From a virus, in the IMG/VR virus record IMGVR_UViG_3300003690_003155, positions 32,001 to 96,000 of that record: a stretch of DNA of 64,000 bases. One strand, written 5' to 3'. The position numbers were made by a program, and so were the translations under genes. Under the pieces are notes generated by a model that had not been told where the DNA came from, made no database searches, and saw nothing but the letters and a program-made list of their open reading frames with translations. Below, piece after piece: positions 27,947 to 37,034 of the stretch (its first letter is position 1; the number at the start of each line of letters is the position of its first letter).

Positions 27947-28214
27947 TTAATTTAGTTATAATTACCTCCATGCTATCTGTTTTTAATTGAAAGTTCTTAA
28001 AATGATTTCCGTCGTGCAATTCAAATTTAAAATCACCACTCCAATCATAATTAACATAACAAGTTATATATAGAGCTGCCGTTTTAGGGTTAACCATTAG
28101 TGTCCACCTACGTGAATCCTGGTGCGAATAATCAGAAAAAATTCTGTTGACAGTATATCCATTGTCTCTTAAGCGCTTAATAAAATAACCACATGTAGTA
28201 ACTTTATTTTTCAT
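27906..28214 (-). CDS. Hypothetical protein
   Basis: TAATG-coupled to the clamp gene. Confidence 0.7.
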   Translation of the reverse strand: MKNKVTTCGYFIKRLRDNGYTVNRIFSDYSHQDSRRWTLMVNPKTAALYITCYVNYDWSGDFKFELHDGNHFKNFQLKTDSMEVIITKLIEKQITSNEENNT

Positions 28215-28945
28215 TAATTTTTATAACTAGTACTAATGAATGTAAGTTTACTATTTTCAAGCTCCAGTTTCATCATAAGCATTTTATATTCATGATTTAT
28301 ATGTATAATAGCTTCAGTAAAACTCAATGTAGATATAAGTCTAAATAATTCTATATCTAAAATTAATTCATAATCCAAGTCGTCTCCGCTATATTTATCT
28401 GCTAATAAGGTTGTATAACTATCTACGTTTTGTAGTTTTTTATCTGATAGCTCGGCATATACATTTGTATTTTCAGTTTTAATATATACCTTACTTGATT
28501 CAGTTACAAAAGGCAGTGCTTTTAATATTGAATTATTTTTTTCTCTTGTTAATTTAAAATTAGTACCGAATGTGATATTGTCTATTTTATTAAAATCAAA
28601 TGCACTGGTATTAGTTAGACTATCATCAAATAAATGATATGTAAATCTGTTAATATTACTATTATATTTTATGCAATTTTCTTTTATTTCAAGACGTATA
28701 TCATCTTCATCTAAGCAGGATAGGATTTTAGTTAATTTTATTGTATCTGGTAGACATATTGTACCCTCTTCAGGGTGATCATCCCACCTGACTTTATATT
28801 CTGCTTTAAGAAAAATATTAGAATTATTATGTACTATAGTAGATATAGTATCACGTATATCTAATGTCGCAGATGAGTTTAATCTCGATATTGGATTAAG
28901 AAAATTTTGAATAAAATTATCTTTATTCTTTATTGGTAGAATCAT
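28214..28945 (-). CDS. gp45: Sliding clamp (gp45-like)
   Basis: 243 aa two-domain clamp-like alternation (FLNPISRLN...ICLPDTIKLTKILS...) inside the replication module. Confidence 0.65.
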   Translation of the reverse strand: MILPIKNKDNFIQNFLNPISRLNSSATLDIRDTISTIVHNNSNIFLKAEYKVRWDDHPEEGTICLPDTIKLTKILSCLDEDDIRLEIKENCIKYNSNINRFTYHLFDDSLTNTSAFDFNKIDNITFGTNFKLTREKNNSILKALPFVTESSKVYIKTENTNVYAELSDKKLQNVDSYTTLLADKYSGDDLDYELILDIELFRLISTLSFTEAIIHINHEYKMLMMKLELENSKLTFISTSYKN

Positions 28946-29300
28946 TGTTTAATTTGATCCGGATATTAATTTCTTTTGCGTTTCTCGCAACTTGTCTTTC
29001 AATTAAGTTTACAAATTTAGTGATTTGCTTTTCAACAGAAGATACCCGCTCTATTAAGGTATTTAATAGAGCAGGATCTGTGTTAATTTGAGGCTGTGGT
29101 ACAGCTCGTACGACGTTGGTCTGTGGCGGTGGCGCAGCTTGTAGTCGCGGGTCAGGTTGTGGTCTTTCCTGTCCATAAATATCCTTAGATAAAGGTATAT
29201 CTTGCATAGTAGCGCTTTTTTGTACAATACCTTTATTTAGTTTAAAGGCTTGCGAATTTAATCCATGCACAAACGATTTTATCTCATCATCTGGGTTCAT
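28923..29300 (-). CDS. Hypothetical protein (Pro/Gln linker plus coiled coil)
   Basis: ORF between gp32 and gp45. Confidence 0.7.
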   Translation of the reverse strand: MNPDDEIKSFVHGLNSQAFKLNKGIVQKSATMQDIPLSKDIYGQERPQPDPRLQAAPPPQTNVVRAVPQPQINTDPALLNTLIERVSSVEKQITKFVNLIERQVARNAKEINIRIKLNNDSTNKE

Positions 29301-29303
29301 TTA

Positions 29304-30161
29304 TTAGTCCAAACTATCAAGTAATTCCTTTACTTTATTATCATCAACCACGGTTTCGGAATCTTTTTTATCTGATGTGTCCAAATCATCAAAATTTAAA
29401 TCATCTTCTTCCTCATCGGAGGAAGCAGTTGTTGATTCTTTTGTCATATCTCCTGTTACAGATTCTTCAGTCTGACCATGAAAATGTTCATTGAGCATTG
29501 TTTGCAATTCATCGTAACTTTTGACAGGAAATACATTTTCAAGATCAATTGTATTGTCGTAAATATCTTTAATATTATCAGTTTCCACGCCTGTGATTTT
29601 CGAAGGAGTTTGAAACCGAGAGCTAACATATGTTGGATATCCGCCCTGTTCTTCTACTTTGACTCTAAAATTACATCCATCTTTCGAAAGATCAAAAATA
29701 CGTTCACCAAATTCATCAGCGTCATCTCCCTCCATTGCCTCCATTACAATTTTATGTAATTGACGACCAAATCGAAGAATTTTTACCTTACCTTCATTTT
29801 CAGGATTATCAGGATCCTTTACTACATAAACGTTAACGAGCCAATTTTCCTTACGGTTTAAAGCTTTTGACTTTTCTTTTTCTTCTTCAGAACCAGTACG
29901 AGAGAGTCTATACCGAGCCTCTGCAATAGGATCTCTTTCTCCCCATGTCTGTGGACTAATCGCACTTTGATATTGCCCGGTCATTTCACTAACCCATCCA
30001 TGTGAGTAATAATGAAAAAACGTCTTACTAGGGTCTTTTACAAAAGGCACTAAACGTAGTGTATATGTATTACCCGGTTTTAGCCGCATAATATTACTTG
30101 TATTCTGTTGTGCGGTTTGCGCCATCGCACCCTTAATTGATTCAAACATATTCGTTGTCAT
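29304..30161 (-). CDS. gp32: Single-stranded DNA-binding protein
   Basis: LRLVP, NVYVVKDPDNPENEGKVKILRFG, FDLSKDGCNFRVK, acidic C-terminal tail. Confidence 0.93.
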   Translation of the reverse strand: MTTNMFESIKGAMAQTAQQNTSNIMRLKPGNTYTLRLVPFVKDPSKTFFHYYSHGWVSEMTGQYQSAISPQTWGERDPIAEARYRLSRTGSEEEKEKSKALNRKENWLVNVYVVKDPDNPENEGKVKILRFGRQLHKIVMEAMEGDDADEFGERIFDLSKDGCNFRVKVEEQGGYPTYVSSRFQTPSKITGVETDNIKDIYDNTIDLENVFPVKSYDELQTMLNEHFHGQTEESVTGDMTKESTTASSDEEEDDLNFDDLDTSDKKDSETVVDDNKVKELLDSLD

Positions 30162-30799
30162 TTTCTTTTTAATATTTTATTTATAGTTTTAGTTAATTTT
30201 ATTCCCAATGGTTTGAGTTTCTCCGAAAATGTATATCGCGATCTCAAACTACTTAACGTATTATAAAAGCTATCACATACAAATTCAACTATATTTTTTT
30301 CGAGATTAATATTTTTTTCTGATACATCTAGAACCAACAAACAATAATAACTAATATCATCTTTTTTTAGATCTAAAATAAAATCAGGATATATGCCTTT
30401 TTGGATATTTAAATATTCTCTACAATTTGTTAGTTTATGCTCTACACACTTATCATAGATGAATTTAAAGCTGTTTCTTAGTCTAGTAATATTAAATTGA
30501 TCATCAGGCATAGTTAGTTCTATTTCTTTTATATATTTTTTATATATAGAAATAGCTCGAAATGTATTATAAAATTCAAACGGTACGTATTTCTCTGAAT
30601 GTAATTTATAAGGCGCACTAAAAAATAAATTCGGATCTATTTTTTTATTTTTTAATGTTATTGATATTTTTTTAAGTAATACGTATTTTTCATCGTCTAA
30701 ATTGTCGAATTTTTTTCGTGGTGTAAATCCTTTCTTATTTCTCGAAGTCTTAAGATATGTGTTGTATATATCCTGTTCAAACATTGACAATTTGATCAT
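30158..30799 (-). CDS. Hypothetical basic protein; positional candidate for helicase loader gp59
   Basis: 213 aa K-rich protein directly upstream of gp32, as gp59 is in T4; no motif-level proof. Confidence 0.4.
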   Translation of the reverse strand: MIKLSMFEQDIYNTYLKTSRNKKGFTPRKKFDNLDDEKYVLLKKISITLKNKKIDPNLFFSAPYKLHSEKYVPFEFYNTFRAISIYKKYIKEIELTMPDDQFNITRLRNSFKFIYDKCVEHKLTNCREYLNIQKGIYPDFILDLKKDDISYYCLLVLDVSEKNINLEKNIVEFVCDSFYNTLSSLRSRYTFSEKLKPLGIKLTKTINKILKRK

Positions 30800-31074
30800 A
30801 GGTTTATAGAATTTTTCTTGAGGTACTTAGTGATGTATTTACTTTTATATAAATACGGGTCATGTTGTAAGAAAGTTCTTACTAATTGAAAATTACAATC
30901 TAACAATAATAATTCTTTAAATAATTGTCTATATTTTTTTTCTTTTAATACTAATAAAAATACATTTGCGAGATTAATTTTTCTATTTTCGCATATAGAG
31001 ACAAAACTACATAACATTAGAAAAGTATGTACAATATCTTTTTTTTCTAAAATTGTATACGGGGTTTCCATCAT
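30796..31074 (-). CDS. Hypothetical protein
   Basis: ATGA overlaps on both sides. Confidence 0.7.
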   Translation of the reverse strand: MMETPYTILEKKDIVHTFLMLCSFVSICENRKINLANVFLLVLKEKKYRQLFKELLLLDCNFQLVRTFLQHDPYLYKSKYITKYLKKNSINL

Positions 31075-31967
31075 TTTATATTTAACGGTTCAAACTGTTT
31101 ACTTAAAGTGAGTACATTATCATTTAATATTCCGCCGGCCGCATATTCATGACCTCCTCCATTACATATTTTTTTAGCGAATGTGCTTAGATTGAAATCT
31201 ATATTTCTTTTTCTCCGTAAATATACTCTATTATTTTTTAAATTAATCATCATGCAAACATCACATTTATATTCATCAACTATATATTGCCCTAAATCAT
31301 TGATATATTCATTTGCAAATGTACTGATAAAATTATAATCTTTACCTGATATGGAAAGTTTTGCTTGAAATAGCTTTATATTTTCTCTCATTTTTTTAAA
31401 CTTATAAAAATGATAACTAATTATTTTATTTTGTTCATTAGTAAATCCGAAAAAACCATTTTCAAAGTCATTAATAAAATTGTGTAATTTATCGCCATTC
31501 TTATACCAAAGTAAAAAATTTAACTTATTGCTTTCTGGGTATTTTAATTCATAGCAATCATAATCATCTGCAAAGGTGATTAGCTTTTTTTGTTCATTTG
31601 TTAGATTTATATTCGGATAAGCTTTATTAAGCATTTGATAAAGATGCTTACTACATGAAGTTTGATCTGTATTAATAAATGTCTTTGCATATGAATAATT
31701 ATTTTCATGAGATTTATGATGATCAAAAATTACTACATTTTTCTTATCTATTAAATCTTTAATCTCTGTAGTATCTAAATCAAAGAAATATACTTTTTTA
31801 TAATCTTCGATTTTGTTATAATTCAGCCAACCAAGTATTTTTTCACGTATATTAGAAACCTTTAATGTTACAGCTTTTGGCTTGGTTTGCTTAAACCAGG
31901 TATAAATTAAATAACTACAGCAACCATCAAGATCTAAATCTGTGAAAATTATTTCTTTATTAGACAT
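31071..31967 (-). CDS. DHH/DHHA1 phosphoesterase
   Basis: DLDLDG, FFDL, IFDHH, GGGHEYAAG. Confidence 0.92.
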   Translation of the reverse strand: MSNKEIIFTDLDLDGCCSYLIYTWFKQTKPKAVTLKVSNIREKILGWLNYNKIEDYKKVYFFDLDTTEIKDLIDKKNVVIFDHHKSHENNYSYAKTFINTDQTSCSKHLYQMLNKAYPNINLTNEQKKLITFADDYDCYELKYPESNKLNFLLWYKNGDKLHNFINDFENGFFGFTNEQNKIISYHFYKFKKMRENIKLFQAKLSISGKDYNFISTFANEYINDLGQYIVDEYKCDVCMMINLKNNRVYLRRKRNIDFNLSTFAKKICNGGGHEYAAGGILNDNVLTLSKQFEPLNIK

Positions 31968-31976
31968 TGTATATAT

Positions 31977-33314
31977 TTACATTACTCTTCCGAATTGTAC
32001 AGCGTCATTTTCCGCGGTATTAACATCTTCATTAATGTTTAAATCATTGCTCTCCATAAGAGTAAGAGTATTGTAATCTATAGAGATTCGAGTACTACCT
32101 GTATTAGAACCAAATCTATTTTTAATAATGCCCATATGTAGCGCATTATCTTCTTCATCTTCTTCTGTCCTCCAAATACTTACAATAACATCCGCCGTTG
32201 CTCCTAATCCATAACTTTCTCCAATAGATTCTAATCCAGGAGCATTACCATATCCTGTTCTATTTACTTGTGTCGCGGATATGATGGGACATTCAAAGGT
32301 ATATGACATTGCTCTTACTTGTTCAGAAATACTTTTAACGCGTTCATATGAATTATTGCCATATGTACTTGCTAACAGATTTAAATAATCTAGTACTATA
32401 ATGTCAGGTTTAAATTTGTTATTAATTAATTTTTTAATAAACCCTTCAAGTTGCGGAGGTGTAATAGAGCCAGGAGCAAATTCTTTAATTATTATATTTG
32501 CTCTAGGATGTGTCATTTTAAATCTCCCTACTTTCTCTTTTAATGTTTCTATATGTTCATCTAAATGATTTATTGGAAGACCTGTAAGTTTTGATGTAAT
32601 TCTCTTACAATAAATCATTTCAGACATTTCAAGAGAAACTACTAAAACATTTTTATCTGCTGCCGCGGCGTTACTTGCTATGTTACTTAAAAATATAGAT
32701 TTACCTACATTAGTCGGGCCAGCAAAAATATACATACTACGCCCTAGCTCTAAAAATCCTCCTCCTAATCTAGCATCTAACCAATCCCATCCGGTTTTGA
32801 TCTTTTCCTCACGTGTTGTTAAATCAATAACATGTTGCTCAATATCTTTAAAATAATTATGACCTATATTTGTAGTGAGAGAAATATTACATGCTTTTGT
32901 AAATTTATCATGAATAGTTTTTACGTTTCTTTCTTTATTATCAACAATTTCTAAAAAGGTATTAAATACAGCTTGCTCTTGTAAAAACTTCTCTGTATAA
33001 GAGTATAAAACATCGTTTGATAAATCTATTTCTAAAGTATCAGTAATTTTTTTACTCGATTCATAATGTTGTTTAAGCTGAGGTGTATTTAAATATATTT
33101 CTAACTCTGTATGTGTTGGCCGTCTATTATTTTGTCGGTAAAGAGCTTGTATGATTTTAACTATTTGCTGAAAGTCTTTATTTTTAAAAAATTTATAATT
33201 AAGATTATCAATAATAGAATTTAAATAAGCTTCGTCTTCAAGACAGTTCTTGAAAACTACCTTTTCTAAATATTCTAAATCGATGTCTAAGTAATTACTT
33301 TCGTTTGTCAGCAT
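31977..33314 (-). CDS. gp41: Replicative DNA helicase
   Basis: TGWDWLD, GPTNVGKS, SLEMSE, IVLDYLNLL, SATQVNRTG, ESYG, KNRFG. Confidence 0.96.
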   Translation of the reverse strand: MLTNESNYLDIDLEYLEKVVFKNCLEDEAYLNSIIDNLNYKFFKNKDFQQIVKIIQALYRQNNRRPTHTELEIYLNTPQLKQHYESSKKITDTLEIDLSNDVLYSYTEKFLQEQAVFNTFLEIVDNKERNVKTIHDKFTKACNISLTTNIGHNYFKDIEQHVIDLTTREEKIKTGWDWLDARLGGGFLELGRSMYIFAGPTNVGKSIFLSNIASNAAAADKNVLVVSLEMSEMIYCKRITSKLTGLPINHLDEHIETLKEKVGRFKMTHPRANIIIKEFAPGSITPPQLEGFIKKLINNKFKPDIIVLDYLNLLASTYGNNSYERVKSISEQVRAMSYTFECPIISATQVNRTGYGNAPGLESIGESYGLGATADVIVSIWRTEEDEEDNALHMGIIKNRFGSNTGSTRISIDYNTLTLMESNDLNINEDVNTAENDAVQFGRVM

Positions 33315-33996
33315 GTTTAACGAGAGTATTATAGAAGTAATCTTCTGATTTGCTATACTCCTCTGTGTGGTTGAGTAATCCCGGAGATTCGTGAATAACG
33401 TGAATAGGGGCAGTAATTAAGCGCAACCCAGCTAAATGACAGTCTAAACAAAATTTTAAATCATAATGATGAAATCCCTTCATATTAGTATCAAATTTTA
33501 TTTTTTTCTTTGCGATTGATTTAGTTCGGACAGCTAAGAATAGACCATCTAATAATATTACTTCTTTTGGTGTAAGTCCAAATATAGTTGTCGAATAGTC
33601 AGTATTATTTTGATAATGTGATACTACTCCAGATAGAGTTTCTTTTTTACATAAAAAATGCCATAAGCAAGGTCTTGTAACCTGTAATTTACTGCCTCCT
33701 GCTAGACCGACTACATCAAATCCTTGCTTAAACAAATTACGAATTTCTGTTAAGAAGTTTATACTATCAATAAACACATCATCATGTATAAATAAAATAC
33801 AGTCATATTTCTTAAGGTTTTGTGATGTAAGATACTTATTATAAACAGCACATAAACCGTTAGTGTTGCTATATGTGGGTTCTAGATCAAATGTGGTTAC
33901 AGTATTATTTGCGTGTAAGGTGAGGCTTCTAGATAATCTAGTAGCTTTAAAGCTAGATTTATTACTCTGAGTTGCAACCGCTATTAAAGTTTTCAT
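33295..33996 (-). CDS. GT-A glycosyltransferase (GT2-like)
   Basis: GLCAVYN, FIHDDV, VVGLAG, LDGLFLAV, FHHYDLKFC, HESPG. Confidence 0.85.
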   Translation of the reverse strand: MKTLIAVATQSNKSSFKATRLSRSLTLHANNTVTTFDLEPTYSNTNGLCAVYNKYLTSQNLKKYDCILFIHDDVFIDSINFLTEIRNLFKQGFDVVGLAGGSKLQVTRPCLWHFLCKKETLSGVVSHYQNNTDYSTTIFGLTPKEVILLDGLFLAVRTKSIAKKKIKFDTNMKGFHHYDLKFCLDCHLAGLRLITAPIHVIHESPGLLNHTEEYSKSEDYFYNTLVKHADKRK

Positions 33997-34631
33997 ATAA
34001 AAAAAGGTGAATTTAGTTTAAATTTTTCTTTTTCGAAAAATTCATTTTTAGTAAAATTAAATTCATATATTGTTCCTTCTTCCGCTACTTTCCAGCCAGG
34101 TATTTGTGCTGAACTAAATGACTTATCATCTGAAAATAATGTAGATCCAGACCTAAAAATACGTAATCTACCCATGTTTGGTTCATACATCCAGCATCCG
34201 AATGTTCCTTCAAGCTCTGATAGTGCATTTTTAATACCAGATATATATATCAATGGTAATATCACACTACTATCGACTTTATTTGTTTTACTTTTAAGTT
34301 CATATTTTTCTTTTAATTCATTAAAGTTTTGTAATACTCCGTTATGTGCTAAATATGTATCTTTATATGTAAATGGGTGAGAAGTATCAATATTGAATGT
34401 TCTAATTTCTGATGTAGGAGATTGTACATGTCCTAGATAATATATACAAAAAGGATTTTCTTGTATAGGCTTATCGAAATCTTGTTCGTGTTTTGTTGCT
34501 ACCTGAATGTTATTTTTCATCCCTCCAGGAAACACCTTTGTTATACTGCGTACAAAATTACCCCTTTCGGTATTTTTTGTATATAACTCTCTAAAAGTTT
34601 TAATATCCGTTGATCCAAAAATTCCGCACAT
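33993..34631 (-). CDS. Stand-alone class II (Ntn) glutamine amidotransferase
   Basis: N-terminal MCGIFG, ERG, LGHVQSPT, SHPF, AHNGVL, VDSSV, GTFG. Confidence 0.92.
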   Translation of the reverse strand: MCGIFGSTDIKTFRELYTKNTERGNFVRSITKVFPGGMKNNIQVATKHEQDFDKPIQENPFCIYYLGHVQSPTSEIRTFNIDTSHPFTYKDTYLAHNGVLQNFNELKEKYELKSKTNKVDSSVILPLIYISGIKNALSELEGTFGCWMYEPNMGRLRIFRSGSTLFSDDKSFSSAQIPGWKVAEEGTIYEFNFTKNEFFEKEKFKLNSPFFI

Positions 34632-34632
34632 A

Positions 34633-35589
34633 TTATTTTAATTGTATGAACTTTGTGTCTTTAAAGCAAGTTAAATCCTTACCTCCTGCGTAAGAAATAG
34701 AGCTTCTAAGTGCCTGTTGTATTTCCTGTAATCGTACTTCATATTCTGGAGCAAGTTCTAAGTCAACTTGTTTACCTTCAACAAAATGTAATCTATCTCC
34801 ATTTTGTTTATATGAGGTACTGCCGTAATATTCTTTTGCACCACGTACGACTTTAGCAGGCGAATCTGCACACGGTGCAAAAAAAGAACCAGACATAACA
34901 CAATCAGCTCCAGCAACTAATGCTTTTGCAATATCACCAAAATGCCTACAACCACCGTCAGCCATAATTTTAGCTGATGTTTTATGTGGAGCAATTTTAA
35001 GTAATGTTGAAAACATGGGTGTTCCGAACCCTGTTTTAAATCTAGTTGTACATATGACACCGGATCCAATTCCAACTTTAACTATATCTGCTCCTGCGTC
35101 TTGCAATTGCTTAAATCCTTCAACCGTACCTACGTTACCAGCAATAACTATTACATCTTCTTGAAGATAGTTCTTAATATATTTTATCATTGCTATCACT
35201 TTAATATGATGACCGTGGGCTACGTCAATTGTAATAATGTCAATTTTATAATTATTATCTATAATTGATTGTAAGTGTTGATATGACTCTTCATTTACTC
35301 CTATACTAGCACTCACACATTTACAATGGTAGTCATTAAGTCTTTGTACTGTTTCAAATACATCTTGAAATCGATGCATGATATAAAAATAATTATCTCG
35401 ATCTAATTGTTGGCATAAATTAGGATTTATTACTGTTTCCATATTAGATGGAACAATTGGTAATTCAAATTTCCATTTACCTAATTTAAATGTAGTATCG
35501 GCTTGTTTTCTGGAGCCTAAAAGACTATACTTCGGTACTAAGAGTACATCAGAATAATCTAACTCCCCATGGAATGTCTGTTCGCTCAT
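34633..35589 (-). CDS. guaC: GMP reductase
   Basis: LDYSDVLLVP, PSNMETVI, FYIMHRF, TIDVAHGH, IAGNV, KVGIGSGVICTTR, ADGG, VEGK; no CBS domain. Confidence 0.92.
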   Translation of the reverse strand: MSEQTFHGELDYSDVLLVPKYSLLGSRKQADTTFKLGKWKFELPIVPSNMETVINPNLCQQLDRDNYFYIMHRFQDVFETVQRLNDYHCKCVSASIGVNEESYQHLQSIIDNNYKIDIITIDVAHGHHIKVIAMIKYIKNYLQEDVIVIAGNVGTVEGFKQLQDAGADIVKVGIGSGVICTTRFKTGFGTPMFSTLLKIAPHKTSAKIMADGGCRHFGDIAKALVAGADCVMSGSFFAPCADSPAKVVRGAKEYYGSTSYKQNGDRLHFVEGKQVDLELAPEYEVRLQEIQQALRSSISYAGGKDLTCFKDTKFIQLK

Positions 35590-36253
35590 ATTCTATTGGG
35601 TCTTTCATTGCGTCATTGTCTAAAAATCCTTGTATACGAGAACTACATGCGGTACAATACCCGCATGCTAATTCTTTTCCTTCGTAACAAGTCCATGTGT
35701 CTTCAAATCTCACACCATTATCTAATCCTATATTAATAATTTCTTTTTTGGATAATTGCAATAATGGTGCTTCTATTTTAATTCTATTTTTACGATTTAA
35801 AGCAGTTAAATTATTAATTTGTTCTAAAAATTCTATACTTCCGTCCCAATACCCCGCTTGACTATCTACAAGAGCTGATCCATGATATACTGTTTCTGCT
35901 CCAACAGCTTCAGCGTATGAACAGGCAATAGATAACATCATCATATTTCTAAAAGGTACATAATTAACAGTTTGTGCATCTCCTAAAACGTCTTTTGCGT
36001 GAGCGACTTTAATATTGTTGTTTGTTAAAGAGGAAGTATTAGCAATTTTTTTGAAAAATTGTATATCTAATATTTTATGTTGCTCAATATTATCATAATT
36101 AATTAATTGGAAGCCGGCGAATTGGATTTCTTTGCGATGTTTTTGACCGTAATCAAAAGTTATTGCATATATATCATCATGCTGAGCTGATACCATGCTT
36201 AATATTACAGCACTGTCTAATCCTCCTGAAACTGGTATAACTGCTTTACTCAT
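35549..36253 (-). CDS. queC: 7-cyano-7-deazaguanine synthase
   Basis: SGGLDS, FDYGQKH, YVPFRN, TWTCY...CGYCTAC zinc site. Confidence 0.96.
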   Translation of the reverse strand: MSKAVIPVSGGLDSAVILSMVSAQHDDIYAITFDYGQKHRKEIQFAGFQLINYDNIEQHKILDIQFFKKIANTSSLTNNNIKVAHAKDVLGDAQTVNYVPFRNMMMLSIACSYAEAVGAETVYHGSALVDSQAGYWDGSIEFLEQINNLTALNRKNRIKIEAPLLQLSKKEIINIGLDNGVRFEDTWTCYEGKELACGYCTACSSRIQGFLDNDAMKDPIEYERTDIPWGVRLF

Positions 36254-37034
36254 TTATTTGTAACTTAATAGTTTTAGGTTGTAATTTTTTATATTGCTCA
36301 TCCCATAAGTACTGGTATTTACCGCAATCTCTTGTCGTATGATAAGGTTTTATATGTTCATTATAATGTAAAATATAATCCTCGTGTTGTTCCATTAAAT
36401 GACTATCCCGGCGATGATAAACATTAAATCTTGGCTCGAGATCTATATAATTTCCCTGGCAATATTCATTTATTATCCATTGATCATGCTTGTCGTCATT
36501 TTTCTTATGTAACTCTAAGCATGTTTGAGTAAATTTATTTTTTCGGAGCACCTCTAAATTCATCATTATAATTCCGCAGTTTCCTGACAGTTTTTTATTT
36601 TTATATTGCATAATGCTTATATTATCTACTACTTTATCTGAGGGACATGGTTTCAATGCAATACCGATATCTTTTGTATCCATTTTGTAAATTTCTATTA
36701 AATCTAAATTTACAATTATATCAATATCTAAGTATAAAATTTTATCTTCATTAATAAGTTCCGGCATAAACAATCTTAACATTGTTGCTTCAGAGACATG
36801 ATCTAATCCCGTATACTCACGACTCCATTTTTTAAAATACTCTTGAAATGAGAAATTATCAAAGTGTGAAATCCATTTATTTAAATTATCTATTTTGTTT
36901 TTATTTTGTATATTATGAATAAGATGAACCGCGATTTCATGTTTTTTGTTTTTGTTTACAATTGAATTTATTACAACTGGTATAAATTCAATTAATTTCT
37001 TATCACTACAAAAACAGATATTTATTTTACTCAT
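36246..37034 (-). CDS. GT8-family glycosyltransferase
   Basis: RLFMPELI, KILYLDIDIIV, NCGIIMMNL, HDQWIIN, ILHY...KPY. Confidence 0.9.
   Translation of the reverse strand: MSKINICFCSDKKLIEFIPVVINSIVNKNKKHEIAVHLIHNIQNKNKIDNLNKWISHFDNFSFQEYFKKWSREYTGLDHVSEATMLRLFMPELINEDKILYLDIDIIVNLDLIEIYKMDTKDIGIALKPCPSDKVVDNISIMQYKNKKLSGNCGIIMMNLEVLRKNKFTQTCLELHKKNDDKHDQWIINEYCQGNYIDLEPRFNVYHRRDSHLMEQHEDYILHYNEHIKPYHTTRDCGKYQYLWDEQYKKLQPKTIKLQINE

Noticed and set aside
30796-31074. gp33 late co-activator assignment by position
   Set aside because: Only synteny supports it; no recognisable gp33 sequence pattern.
33993-36253. Bacterial QatABCD or type IV CBASS defence operon
   Set aside because: No QatA ATPase, TatD nuclease or CD-NTase nearby. 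QueC is canonical in size and accompanied by FolE, QueD and QueE in a phage core context.
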